A stretch of 63,169 bases of DNA, the filler included, from Choristocarpus tenellus KU-1152 (lineage: Eukaryota; Protista; Phaeophyceae), in assembly GCA_964200185.2 (NCBI GenBank). It is 10 parts of 10 records of this genome, joined end to end, with 100 filler letters (N's around TTAATTAATTAA, not from the genome) between each part and the next. Parts side by side here need not be neighbours in the genome. Positions count along the whole stretch, not along the records: positions 31,388 to 39,385 come from CAXNAD020005286.1; positions 39,486 to 43,246 come from CAXNAD020018085.1; positions 43,347 to 46,306 come from CAXNAD020023354.1; 7 more parts are not named here. One strand, 5' to 3'. This document shows, piece after piece, positions 33,405-46,306 of this stretch (positions within the stretch are counted from its first letter, which is position 1; each line of letters starts with the position of its first letter). Under the pieces are notes generated by a model. The model searched no databases and was not told where the DNA came from. It saw only the letters and a program-made list of their open reading frames with translations. Position numbers and translations under genes: made by a program.

Positions 33405-35522
33405 GGTTTCGGAGGCGTTGGAGAAAAATCTGTTGCAGTATGTATATTGACACGGCGGAATGGGTGGGATCGGCGGCATCTCGTAAGGCAGACATGGTTG
33501 CAGGATGTGCCACCAGGGGGAAGCGTGGGGCATGTCTTTGTGATTGGTGAAGACAAGAGCTTCTCGGTAGAGGAAAACCGCCGTCTAATTGAAGAGGTTA
33601 AAAGGTATGGAGATATCCTGATTGCACCAGCGGAGGAGTCATATGGCACACTATCGCTCAAGACCAAGCACTGCATTTACTGGGCGACTCAATCCCATGA
33701 CTTCGACATCCTCATAAAGACAGATGACGATAGCACTCTTTTTCTCTCGCGTATGATGAACGGGTGGCTGAAGGATGTGGATCGGAATGACTTCGTGTAC
33801 TTTGGGAAGCAGCACCTACCCACCAAGGTGGCCAACCCAACGAACTTTGAGCTGACAGAACATGTGAACACCGATAAGTATTTTGAATTTGACTACCGAG
33901 GGTTATATTGGCCGGAGTTCATGCAGGGAGGCATGTACGGATTCTCTCGACGGCTCGCCGAGGAGATTGTTCGCAACGATTTTTGGACCTACACCAGTGA
34001 GGATGCTACTGTGGGGGTCTGGATGTCGGCCCTACGACCTGATGTGAAGTACCTCGCCCCAGAGCAGCTGCTATACTATGAGTATGACTACCAGGCCAGT
34101 AATGGCACAGACGTCATAGTCACTTTCCAGACAGACCGTGCCCGGTTGGCATCCATGTGGTGTGAGTATGAGTGGGATGGGAAGTTGTCTCCCAAGGCCA
34201 TTCAGGCCTCGGATGCCGAACGAGTGCTGGGCTGCTTGCGCAACTATGAGAAGTCACAGCGAGCCCCGGCCTCGAGGCCACTGGGGTCCAGTAAGGCCCT
34301 GGTGGAGACCACAGTAGAGCACCTTTCCCGCGAGTGGCCTATCGTGGAACAACCAGACCTGGCCACCACTGGTGAGTGGTGGTCTCGAATGGCGCAAGCG
34401 TTCCGACTGAAGACGGTGTACGTGATTGGCACAAGCGCTAGCATAAATCGTCTTCCCCTCTACCTCCTCCATGGGAAGCAGTCCCTAGTGTTCGACTCCT
34501 TCTTTCGGTTGAAGGAGAGGTTTGCAGCCTGGTCGCCCACCATGTACATGTGTATAGACCCTGAGCTGTGCGCATCACCAGGGGACGCCGCACTTGAGGC
34601 CAACCGCTTCATCCGTGCTCTCTTTGCGTCGTTCTTCCTGTTCTCTCCTGGGCCTGGTTGGGGTGGGGCCGAGTACTGGAGGTACATGCGACAGCGGGTT
34701 AATGTGCACTGGTTTCTGTCAGGCGGGACATTCTCAGACAGGTCTGGGATGGTCGCACATGGTCTGATGGCCTCAACAAATGGACGGCCCTCAGATGTGG
34801 ACAATGGGGGGGGAAGGGAGAGGAGGGAGATCGCAGGAGAGAGCCTTGGTAGTGGGTGGAAGGAGGGAGAAGCAACCACAGCAGTAGAAGCTGAGCCTGT
34901 CAGTGAGGCCTTCTTGGACCACCACAATTTCCAGGTTTCCTCACGAGAGTCAGGGCTGGCGATGAGCATAGAGATATTGGCATACCTAGGGTTTTCACCA
35001 ATCTACCTTGTGGGTGTAGAGGATGAAATCCTCCATGATCAGAAAGGCAGAGAAGTGATGGAGGCAGTGCAATTAGCAGCATCGGTGTACAATTCCGATG
35101 TGAAGTACCTCTATGCAGACGACAGTGTGAAGCTGCCTCCAGAAATGGTCTCCTACAAAAGCAGCTCTACTAAGAAGGGGAGGAGGGCTGGGCCCGGGAC
35201 CGTCTACTCACAGGAGGAATTCATGAAGAATGCCCGAAGGGGAAACCGTCCCCGTACCATGCTCTCGGACAACTGGGATATTGAACTTTTCCTCCTGAAC
35301 TTTCCTGCCATGGGGAAGGTTAACATCGTGCACGATGCACCAACCATTGACGATGTCTTCCCCAACACCCCTCGCTGCCGTGAGGGATTTGAACTAGACC
35401 GTTTTGAACATGCCATTCTGTGTTCACTGCATATTTCCTTGAGGTACTTCGACAGCTTTTTGGTCACACACGTACCCCATGGACCTGTACGGGATACTTA
35501 TATGTGGGTAAAACGAAGATGA
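33405..35522 (+). CDS. Beta-1,3-galactosyltransferase-like (GT31) domain fused to a Maf/DUF115/CstII-like domain
   Basis: GT31 motifs RRHLVRQTW, VFVIG, EEVKRYGDIL, ESYGTLSLKT, KTDDDS, WPEFMQGGMYGFS, SEDATVGVW. Second domain KTVYVIGTSASINRLPLYLL...WSPTMYMCID...SIEILAYLGFSPIYLVGVE. Intact 714-aa ORF with cag| acceptor at 33404. Confidence 0.9.
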   Translation, partial: GFGGVGEKSVAVCILTRRNGWDRRHLVRQTWLQDVPPGGSVGHVFVIGEDKSFSVEENRRLIEEVKRYGDILIAPAEESYGTLSLKTKHCIYWATQSHDFDILIKTDDDSTLFLSRMMNGWLKDVDRNDFVYFGKQHLPTKVANPTNFELTEHVNTDKYFEFDYRGLYWPEFMQGGMYGFSRRLAEEIVRNDFWTYTSEDATVGVWMSALRPDVKYLAPEQLLYYEYDYQASNGTDVIVTFQTDRARLASMWCEYEWDGKLSPKAIQASDAERVLGCLRNYEKSQRAPASRPLGSSKALVETTVEHLSREWPIVEQPDLATTGEWWSRMAQAFRLKTVYVIGTSASINRLPLYLLHGKQSLVFDSFFRLKERFAAWSPTMYMCIDPELCASPGDAALEANRFIRALFASFFLFSPGPGWGGAEYWRYMRQRVNVHWFLSGGTFSDRSGMVAHGLMASTNGRPSDVDNGGGRERREIAGESLGSGWKEGEATTAVEAEPVSEAFLDHHNFQVSSRESGLAMSIEILAYLGFSPIYLVGVEDEILHDQKGREVMEAVQLAASVYNSDVKYLYADDSVKLPPEMVSYKSSSTKKGRRAGPGTVYSQEEFMKNARRGNRPRTMLSDNWDIELFLLNFPAMGKVNIVHDAPTIDDVFPNTPRCREGFELDRFEHAILCSLHISLRYFDSFLVTHVPHGPVRDTYMWVKRR

Positions 35523-37061
35523 CAATAAATGCTGGGTTGGGAAGACTGATTCCCTAGCCTCAGTTTCCATTCTCCCACCCACTATCTTGCTTTCGAGCCC
35601 ACCTGGTCTTCTGGTTCATGGCAAACTCCCTGCCCAATCCATCTCTCTTCCTTGCGAAAGAGGCGTTTCATGGTCATCCACTATGCGTTTTTTGCTCTAC
35701 CTCTGTAAGTGGGTTCGCTGTGTGTGTCTGGGGTGATTGCTTGCCGGTCCAAAGTCACGAATCAGGACCTGCTGTATATTATCGAGGAAACTGAAAATAG
35801 TTGATTATATTTAGGATAGGCAATGTGCATGGCTGGGGGAGACACAGATTAGAGATCTGGCATTGGTCTTGTTTTTGTGCTTATTGTGACTACTGATGAC
35901 TGGTAGTACTTCCTTCCTCCATCTCAGTGGTAGTGTTGACTTACCAACCGTTGCAAATGTTCTTGTGTGAACATTGACGTGAATGGAAGGGGGGACTATT
36001 GTCATACATTTTTTTTGATGTGTAGATTGATCCTTGATGTCGGCTGTTTGTGATTGAATTTTCATCCCTCTTCACCACAATATATTCATTGATAGAGACA
36101 AGAGTGTGATACAGTACTTTGGAAGGTGCATTCTCTGCTCAGAAGAGGATATCTTGGTATGTGCATATATATGGATTTGTGACAAATAGATCATTTTGAG
36201 GTATTCTGTGTGGATATATGATTGTGTTTATCACTCAGAGTGTGTTGGAAAGATGGGCTGCATTTTAATGAATGTCAATTTCATTATTTTACCACAAACA
36301 AGTGCTCTTAGCGTTATGCTTCTACCAGCCTTGGTGCTCTGGTGATGTTGAGGAAGTATGGACTATCCAGGAAGGTTGGGAGTATTTAAGAGTAGTGTTT
36401 CTTCTCTGCTGATAGGTCACTGTTGTGATCTGTAAGAGTGGTGATAGTACTAGACATCTTGGTGATGTGCAACGGATCTACCTCTGGTGATACCACGAGA
36501 GTCTTGCTCTTCCACCTAGGATACTCTTCATATTTTCTTTGTGTATGTTGTAATTGTGGACCCATTGCAGAGGTCTATCTAGGAGCTACAATATCGACAG
36601 TTTCATAACTCTTGAAACTCGTTTTGTCTAGTGGCATAACTGGATATATTTTGGTGGATACATACACCATAAAATGTGTAGTATGTAATTGGAGGTGGGG
36701 AAAGGGGCGAGAAGGAGGAGAAGTACTACACTCCACGCTTACGACTACAGTGTATGTATTTAAGGATGATATATAGAAAATGTTCGCGCAAAGTTCGAGA
36801 CACCAACCACACCTTCTGGGCACATTTCACTCGTACCTGCATCACCCAAGTGTATTGTGACAACAAAGGGGTAAACGCAATTTCAAGCTCCACCAAAGAG
36901 TTATCTACATGAAAACACCAGGGCAACATTAGCTCATATAAGATTGTTCAGTATGCAAGAGCACCAAAACATTTGGGCAGTTGATGCTAGATGGATGAGT
37001 GAAGCAGGGAGAGGAGACGGCGAAAGGGAGTAGCTGTAAGACAATCAATCCCATCCATCCA

Positions 37062-37298
37062 GAGCCAAAGTATCTTAGAGGGTACAGCCGCGTCCATTTG
37101 GGGNNNNNNNNNNTGGCTATTGTGTGTGTTAGGAAGTGTCAATGTCGATGTTCTGGACACACCTTCTAATAACATAAACATTTTACACACTCCGAAACAT
37201 TTTGGAGTAGTAGGAAAATGTCATTAAAAACCCATGGGAAGCCAAGATCCAAATGGACAAACAGGGCAAAAATCGTACCCTCTAAGATACTTTCACTC
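37062..37298 (+). mobile_element. MITE family A copy 7 (10-N internal gap)
   Basis: gagccaaagtatcttagagggta...taccctctaagatactttcactc, 4-bp TSD TCCA. Confidence 0.92.
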
Positions 37299-37379
37299 TC
37301 CATTTATCTGACTCTTCTGGCCACGATAGGCATCATGCAGTCCTTGCACAATGCAGTGATCACTTGAGCGAGGTGGAGT

Positions 37380-37700
37380 AGTACACACCACAGATCTGGT
37401 ATCCAGTTTAGTCGTTTTTTCCCCTTCATAGATAGGCAAACCCACCAAAAGGGCATCGATTACTACACAACCAGCATGTCGAGGGCTACAAAATTAGCCA
37501 TCACTAACAATAGAAAACGGCGATTTCACTATCGTTTTCCAATCACGGAAGCAGTAAGACAACGTTTGGGTATGCCTATGTTGTCCATTGTGCTAATATA
37601 TGCTGCATGGAGAGGACAAGGTTTTCATAAGGTAACATATGCGCTCTTAACAAATCAACATCTTGTTTCCCCACATTTAAGGAATTGCCCCCTTGTTCGT
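37380..37700 (-). mobile_element. Highly degraded Copia-like post-integrase remnant
   Basis: PFGGFAYL / EKTTKLDTRSVVC resembles the Copia FGC.AYV..KR.KLD.RS..C motif; frameshifted. Confidence 0.35.
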
Positions 37701-39485
37701 GTGTGAACATCAACAAAACATGGAATGATGCGGAGACATCAATCATACACCTCATCCATATCCTCATCATATATCAATCGCGTTTTACTGAGGAAATTCA
37801 GTACAGGACTTCTCTTAAGAGGGAAATCAGGAGAGATAGAGAGAGCTGCTGTAGGGTCAGAGCAGGAAACCCTTGCTACCCGGATGCTGTCAATTGCATA
37901 CCTACTCACATTGATGATAGCAAATGGACCAGTGCTTCGTAAGCAGGCTTCTCCAGTCATTATCAAACACGGAATGAACCCCTTCGTTCACCAGCAATTA
38001 ACTTGCATAACAAAATCGAGGGATTATGAATGGCCAGTCAAAACGGGACATGCCTTAAGGCCTGCCTTGAAGAGCCTGACAGCCAGTAAAGCCAGAATAA
38101 TTGCTTGGATCCACAGATAGCGTTGGTGACACAAGAAATGCATATATAGCGATGACTTCAAAGTGATGAAAGGGGCCGATCTGGCAATACATGAGAGCTG
38201 AAGAAGAATCCCCAACTATGTTCTTGATTATGTGTCTTTTGTGGATCACACCAGTACGTAGCAGAGTCACTCTCTATACTAGGTGTAGGAGAAGCGAGGG
38301 AACTTTTATTGGGGTCGTCGTATCCAATGGACTGAAGAATTTTTCTCAGTTATATTATATACAGGTCATAGAATCCTGGTCCTAAGTACTCCAGTCTCCA
38401 GTAGTGTCCAAGAGAAAAACGAAACTAGTGAGTGACGTATGTATGACTAGGACTTTATCTTCTGTACTTACAATACATTAAAAAAACTTTCAACACCACC
38501 ATTCACAACACATTTTTGATGAGTAGTCTCGGGCATTAGTTTTGTAGGTACTCTAAAACACTATGATTTTAGTGTGTTACACTAACTCGCAAAAACAATC
38601 CCAACAATATTTTTTCAGAGAGGAATAAAGAACAATAGTGACGATGTGTACACTCGCAAAAAAATGAAGTTGCCTCACTAATAATGGAGGGATGAAGCTG
38701 TATCGTAGACACAGGTAGGTTCAGATAAGTCGTAGCAAGTCGTGTTCGTCTTTCAGATTGTATCAACTACCGATATGGAAGGCTTCTCTGTTTTCACCCA
38801 CACTACTATAATAGGAATGTGCTCGATGAATTGCTCGTCAATGACAACATGCCCATCAACAACAACAACAACAACAGGACCCCCTCTTCACGACGAACCT
38901 GTTGACGACCACACCCCATTCTAATTCGTCCTGTGGGAGGATATCATTTTAGTGAGTATACGTATATTATTATGCCCTCTGACGTTTTGCAGATAGATGT
39001 GTCAGGGAAAAAGCCAAACAAATATCACAAGGACCTCAAAAAGTAACAGTTGTAAATGTGAAAGATGTATCGCTAAAATCAATTTACTATTTGAATACCA
39101 CTATATATACCACAACACTTCCTTAAAGGTTGGTAATTATATTGTTATGTGTACATTGTTGCTATGCCTCCAACCTAGCTTAGCCCTACACGAGTGGGCG
39201 AGGAACTAGGGAAGCATCACAAGATCTGACAGGCCCTTCACTATTATTCTGAAAATGATATATTAATAGTGTTACATAACCTGTATTATGTCCTCTGAAA
39301 TTTTACATATATATATATATGACGTGTTATGTGGAAAGCCTGTTTGTCTGTTATTATACCGTATTGCTCGTATGCCATATACCGTNNNNNNNNNNNNNNN
39401 NNNNNNNNNNNNNNNNNNNNNNNNNNNNNTTAATTAATTAANNNNNNNNNNNNNNNNNNNNNNNNNNNNNNNNNNNNNNNNNNNN

Positions 39486-39630
39486 GGTGTCCATTTGGCC
39501 CAAAACCAGGAAAAGTGCATTTACATTATCCATCCAACGTATGCAACCAAATCACCCAAAAATCGTGGAATGAAAAAATTGACATCAAATGGACAGCCGC
39601 CACACACACACACCCCAGATACTTTGAGCC
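39486..39630. mobile_element. MITE family B copy at contig start
   Basis: Matches 55797-55939; ends ccccagatactttgagcc. Confidence 0.85.
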
Positions 39631-41623
39631 TATATTTTCACGAATTTTCGCAATATGTGGAAATACATCACATGAACGAAACCCTCCACATAACAAAGTA
39701 TCAAACCGTGCCCTCAAGAAACACACCCTGTTCAGAAGTAGGAATAAGTACCAACCTACGTTGCACGAGGGGCAGTCTCTTCCACTCACGGATGGTGGTA
39801 CCATTTCTTGGTGAACTTACTCGTGCAAGGACTCAATCATTCAACAGGGTTGTCAAATGCACTCACCAGCCTACAGACAGGAGAGCTCTACTGCCTTAGT
39901 GGAGCAGATGGAGACAAGGCAATCGCTGGAACAGGATGTGAAGTGTATCTTGCACAACGCAGTACAAAATTTGGGTCCCAACCTCTGGCTCAGTGGGTGG
40001 GACCTGAGGTGAACCGAGTACAGTACCAGGCTAAACTTTGCCTCTTGAATGTCCGTCACATCACTGCCCAATAGCCCAGATCTTCACTATTGTACAAGTG
40101 TGAAAAAGATGGCTTTTGCTGGGGTGTCAATATGCGTTAAAAGTATGAAAGACGAGAGGAGGGGATAAAATGTTACACATTCCCATCCAAAGAAATTTTC
40201 ATTTTGAACTGTTCGTTTCTGGAAGATTGAGATAAGCCCTCAGGTGCTGCCCCATCTACGTTATTCTTCGTGTGTACTCCGAGTATTTAATTCTATACTT
40301 TCTATGACAACTAACTGTAGTCAGCTCAGATTTCAAATCAACTGACACTGTCATCGTACTAATAGATCTCTACGATACTACTATGAACAATACTACTATG
40401 ATAACAAACAGAGCACAATGATATGGGTATGTGTGTATCAGTGTGTATGGTTTGCACTAATACTAGGTGGTATATAATCTTGTACTATATTGATAATAGC
40501 AATATACCCAACAGAAACAACTCTGGATGGTGAATCCAGCAACAGAATCCTCCATCAAGACTAAACAACGAAGCTTATGGGATGTCGAGCTCTTTTGCTT
40601 AGTCTGGTGTGCCTGGGTGATAGTGTTTCCCCTGGCCTTCAATTTTGCAAAATCACCTTGATGATACTGTCACACCAAAATTATCAACAAAGAAAGCAAG
40701 TGCGTCTCTATTTGTTGCAGATGTGAGATCGATGCGTTTTCCCATTTCCGAAATCCCATGCAAGGTAGGAAGAGGAACTCTAGATGACGAGGGAGTGAAG
40801 GTTCACACGGTGGACCTGGTGGAGTGTCCTTGTTACAAAACCGACCATGAAACATACTTTAGCCTTGAGCGTGACCGACCACTAGAGGAGTAGTGTTAGC
40901 AGTCGTATGATAGTAAACGCCATTAACTGTTGACATTTTCGCTCTTTTTTATGTTTCAAGTGTATATTTTATGGAATTTGTGTATGATTCTTCTACGAAA
41001 CAGTACATTATTTTATATCCCAATGTCTCTTTTTTTGGCACATTATTTGTACTATATTATACTATTTGTAACCATGCCATCCCCACTCACCAATGACATT
41101 GTACAGGTGATAGATGTCGACATAGATGATGGTAGGAACAAAAAATATCATACTCCAGAGTATTGTACAAGGCATTCTGCATTTTTGATCTACTCTTTCG
41201 GGTTGAATATTCCTCTTTCCTTCTTATGGTACGTAGTGCATGACCGGAGTTTTGTGCCACTCACTACGGTTCTCTTCGTTCCCCTCTTGTTTCTTTCTCG
41301 AAACTTTTTACATATACTATTTTTTGTTATTTTTTCTTCTCAATCGCAGTCTTCACACGTAAGACATTTCATATCCGGTTTGTGGCGTACAAACCAATTT
41401 CCGACAAATGGTTGACCGTTCCTGTACTAAACTTGGGTTAAGTCTGCGAGAAAACGTTTTATTTATGAAAGATTTATAAGTTGATCTTTTTGCATCTGTG
41501 GATAATCTTTTATCCCCTTTCATATTTCTGGTAGTAGTGCCGTGAGACAAATAGACAAATATTCCAAAAACGTGATGAAATTATGACGAATCAGCACACT
41601 GTTATTTGTACCACTAAATTTTC

Positions 41624-42039
41624 TTGCCTTCGATATTTTGGAGATATGTCAGGGGGAAAGCCAAACCAATATCACAAGGGCAACTGAAAAGTATCCATAA
41701 GCATTATTTAGTGGATGGGGGAGTGGTAAGACAAATATTCGTACAAGTTATGCAGGGAGGGGATGAGTTGTATGACAAATATTTGTGCATAATTTTAAGA
41801 CAAAAAAAGAAGTGATGGCAACAATCCGCGATCCTGGAACAATGACCACCAATACGTGTAGTAGATCTGGTAGTCAAGTAGCAAATAATAGGTGATAGAA
41901 AAATATCCTTCAAATTTATGACAACCTTTACTCTTTTACAAGGGTTCTTCTTACTGAATTCGGCTTTATAAATATATAATATTGAATTTGCTTTCACTGT
42001 TTTTCTTGGCACATCTGGAAGATGTCAGAGGGCATAATA
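41624..42039. mobile_element. Repeat family D non-autonomous element bounded by inverted ends
   Basis: Left tgccttcgatattttggagatatgtcaggggg and right ttggcacatctggaagatgtcagagggcataataa are degenerate inverted copies. Confidence 0.55.
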
Positions 42040-42888
42040 ACATGTATAGTGACTGTCACGAGACACGCCATGTGTTAGTAAACGAGACGTATGCAGGGTT
42101 GTACTTGGAGTATTTATGGATGGTAAGAAATAATGTGCAATATTCAGCTTCTTGTACAAATACATAGAGGAACTTTCCTGAATTTCTATTGAGATTTTCA
42201 ACATTAGATTGACAATGCTCTTAAATCAATCTTTGCACTTCATCCATAGGAAAAAGGGTGAATTGCAAAAGATGTAAATTGTGGCTTAAAATGCAGAACA
42301 ACCAAAAGCTTGGTACATCTCGTATACCTTGCCTCTTTGATGGACTATACATATACTAATGCTACTACAGCATACTCGAGTACACCTGGTACATGACAAC
42401 GCAGCCAATGCGATGGGACACTTTCAGCCTTGCTGGGGATGATGTCGGCACTTACTACTATAAGGAGCACCTCTTTGTCTCCCACCCTGTTGGTAGGCGT
42501 TCGGTCTGTCTCGTTTCTAGTCGTGAAATTAAATATTGAGTATATTCCACCGAGTACAAGAGAACACTCACATAACACAACTTCACGTATGAGCACACGG
42601 CCATAGAACATTATCTTACCAACAATAGACATTATGGAGGAATTGGTCGCAAGCGTTTGCTGGCTGCCAAACATCGTCTGTCTTGGTACTGGATGTCAAA
42701 GAGCAAATTGCCCCTAATCTTGTCCTGGATATTGTAGACATTACGCCAATCATTCTAGGGTTATGATGGCGTTGAGCGATACGTTGTCCCGTAGTATGTT
42801 CATTACTCGCCCCTTCTCTCATTACATTATTTCCGTTCCTTGCTTCCTCCAATCCTCAAGATACATACAACATACAACATACATAATG

Positions 42889-42957
42889 CATACATACATA
42901 CATACATACATACATACATACATACATACATACATACATACATACATACATACATAC
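42889..42957. repeat. (CATA)n microsatellite
   Basis: Direct sequence. Confidence 0.97.
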
Positions 42958-44011
42958 TCACAGTGAGACATACGGCACGACCTACAAGAGTTTGTATCCA
43001 TTGTCAGCGCCTGAAAAATACTACTATTGATGATTAATCTCCTCAGCTCTGCAGGACACTACGTGGAAGTAAGGTAACCGCTACTCCGAATTACTGCAGT
43101 AGAGAGAGAGCATATATGTACCATCACTATGCATTGCAAAGAATGAGGAGTATACCCTCCGGAGTGTAAGGACACCTACTATCATCACGCTCGAAGTATC
43201 TGGGGGGAGGGGGGGAGGGGGGGAGGGGTCTACACCAGGGTGTCCTNNNNNNNNNNNNNNNNNNNNNNNNNNNNNNNNNNNNNNNNNNNNTTAATTAATT
43301 AANNNNNNNNNNNNNNNNNNNNNNNNNNNNNNNNNNNNNNNNNNNNGGTGTTTTTTTTTTTTAGTTAGGGGGGGGGAGGGATGGGTTGTGGGGAGGGGGG
43401 GGGGAGTGTGGGGAGGGGTTGGAGGGTAGCTGAAAATAGTGCTGGGAATGTGTCTGTCACATGTACAAAAGGAATGTTACTTGCACCAAGACAAAGGCTT
43501 TGTCTCCTCCTTTTGAACAAAAAGGTACATGTGGACAGAATACAGTGGTGGACTTACATGGTGGCGGAGCCCAGGAAAAAAACAAGGGGTATTTGTAGGC
43601 GCTCTGCGTGCTTTGGAGGGAATCTTTTTGAAAAAGAGCAGTGTTTGGGAAATGGACGCGGCTACACCAACCTATAATTCGAACACGAGCAAACGATCTA
43701 GATGCACCAACCAGTGTTCCTGTCACATGGTGCCATTGAGACAACAATAGCGGCACCGGGTGGAGAGGGGATTGGGACCAAGCACTTACAGCTTCGCCAT
43801 ACACTCATGACTCTCACCCATCCGGGGCCATTAGACTGACTCACTACAGGTGAGGACGCCCAGTCGTCATTACCACATCTACTCATTCATAAAAAAAAAA
43901 TTCAAACACACGCAAATCAATTAAATGAAAATTAGCACCGTAAACCACCTACGTTTCCTCTCATCTGACAACACAAGGAGCCCTCCCCACACTCACTATC
44001 CCAATGCTCAC

Positions 44012-44399
44012 CTTGACATCTGCTTCCTTCAGGCTGCCCTCCTTGTGACCCAGCACGAGCCATTCCTCATCCAAACCATGCAGCGTATACAGACGGTAGT
44101 CAAGTCGCCTCTCACTCCCATCTCGAGCTCCGCTGCCCCCCCCAGCATCACTGCTGCCAAACCGCCCCTCTCTCGGCCTGACCAGGAACGCCTCCCATTG
44201 CAACTGGGCGGAGTGGGCCAGCTGCTGCCCCAGGTTGATCTCAAATCGAGAGGAGTCCCTCCCAATGGGAGTACAACCACGTAGCTCAAGTCGAGGCAAG
44301 GCTGGGGTAGGTACCACTGCGGGTGCCGCAGCCGCTGCACTTGTTGACATTAATTGACTTGATGCAAATTTTGAAGGTGACCCGGAGGAGCCAATCCTA
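44012..44399 (-). CDS. Internal exon of unknown host gene
   Basis: ctttag| acceptor (phase 2), ...LPRLELRGCTPIG...RFEINLGQQ...LDYRLYTLHGLDEEWLVLGHKEG..DVK|gtgagc. Confidence 0.7.
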
Positions 44400-44770
44400 C
44401 TAAAGGAGGGGTTGACGATTGTGTAGATGGGGAGGTGGGGGGGGGGGGTGAAGTAGAGGAATCATTACAGAAACCAGGACGAGCATGAAATAGGCTTCTA
44501 CATTAAGGTTTGACATTCTGGCGTTGATCCCACGTCTCAAGTTGTTCTCTTGGATAGATCATCAAAAGTGCGTCTTAGGTCAAGTGAAATTCTAGGGAAA
44601 TGCTCCATCTGTTTCGAAGAAGTAATTCTGACATCAAAATGCTTCAAGTGAACTGGACATGAACAAAATTGGCATGAGATGATAAAATACACACAAAGGG
44701 AAAATCACACTTCATTGGGTTGGTCCTGAGGGCTTGGTCCAGGATTGTTCTCAATGCTGATACGGTATCC

Positions 44771-44801
<31 letters not shown>

Positions 44802-45490
44802 CATATGATACCTCTGCTGAAGTGGACAGGACAGGAAATGCATAAGTTTCAATATTCCAATGTGTCTACATGATCAAGTGCAAAAAAAAAAATGCTTGGA
44901 GATCAACTGCAGTCACAGAAAATAAAAAAAGTGGTACACACAATGAAATGCTATGTTTTACTTGAAAAATGGCCTTAGAAATACAAGCACTCCATCTGCT
45001 GTGCACACGTGCTCTCACACCAAATAAGTCCAAAACAAAAATCGAAGTACAAAAATGTTGAGAAACTGAGAAACGCACATATAATACCATACGCATTTGA
45101 GCGAGAGGAAGACTAGCCCGGTTTGAGAGAGGTATAATACTGCACACACACAGAGTGAGTGAATATCAAACAGGATTTAGACATGGCAAGATTTGCGCCG
45201 GACACAATGCATTTTTCCGTGCTACTCCCAAGTCAAACTTCCATCAAGTCGGTATGACACTACAATTGAAAGCAATAAAACATGCCTTTACACCTCACCC
45301 CTCTCACCCCCCACCCCCACCCCCCCCCCAAATGAACAATGCCATTCAATCCCCTAGGCACAATCAACGTATCGGAAATCAACATGAACCATGAACCATG
45401 AAGCAAGAGCCTTTCTAAATCTTTCTGACCTTGCACCATAATTTTCCATATCTAACCCTCTGCCATATTACTCCAATACTGTGCTCTCAC

Positions 45491-46306
45491 CGGGAAACGC
45501 CTCGCTTCTCTGAGGAAACCCTCCTCTCTGCAGGGCGAGAGGACCTACCACTGCGCCTTCCAGAGTCACCTTGCATCACCTCCACCTCCTTTCCAACTCC
45601 CCCACCCCCATCTCCAGTCCTTGACGTACTCTCCTCTGCCATCTTACTCTGAATTCCCCCCTCTCCTCGACCAGCTAATGCTGCTGCCAAAACTTGTTCA
45701 CCTCCTCCCACTGGAGGTGCTAGCAGCGATGGCAATGGCATTTCACGCCCTGGCTCTGCCCTGTCCAAAACGGCCTCAGGAGGTAGCAATACACGAACCT
45801 CAACCACCTGTGCCGGGTACAGCGGATTATCAACATCTTCAACATAGATAAACAAGCTATCTTCTCCTCTGCCCACATTCAAGGGCTCAGACACAACGAC
45901 ATCTGCCATGGCTTCCGCCCCAGCCTTGACTCCGGTTGATAACTCTGCTAAGCCTTTTCCCTTCACCATGCACTTGTGAGTATCACTTCGCTCAACCCGT
46001 CCAGAACCCTCCGCTTCCCTTTTCAAATGCTCCTCAGACATTGGGAGTTGCCCCTGCATCAAACACAACCCATTCACCACTGCAGGGGCCAACCTGACAG
46101 TCACCTCTCGCCTACTGTTGGCAAGTGCAACTCCTTCCATGGGCTCTGCCTCTACCGACAACTCCTCGGTCACAATATCAGACTGCCTCCAACTCCCTCG
46201 TATCCGGTGGCCTGCTGACCCACACCCCTGCCCCGGTAGTCCCTGCACCACTCTTTCAGGGCTGTTCCCACCAGTGCAGTACTCATCACTGTCTTCCCTG
46301 ATCTCT
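45491..46306 (-). CDS. Large upstream exon of the same unknown gene (5' end lost at contig break)
   Basis: Open frame of more than 254 aa (LFIYVEDVDNPLYPAQVVEVRV) ending cg|gtgaga, phase 2, which matches the 44399 acceptor. Confidence 0.7.

Noticed and set aside
42345-42850. Copia gag/protease remnant
   Set aside because: Only faint similarity (RVGDKEVL...HVPGV); the catalytic DSG motif is not recoverable.
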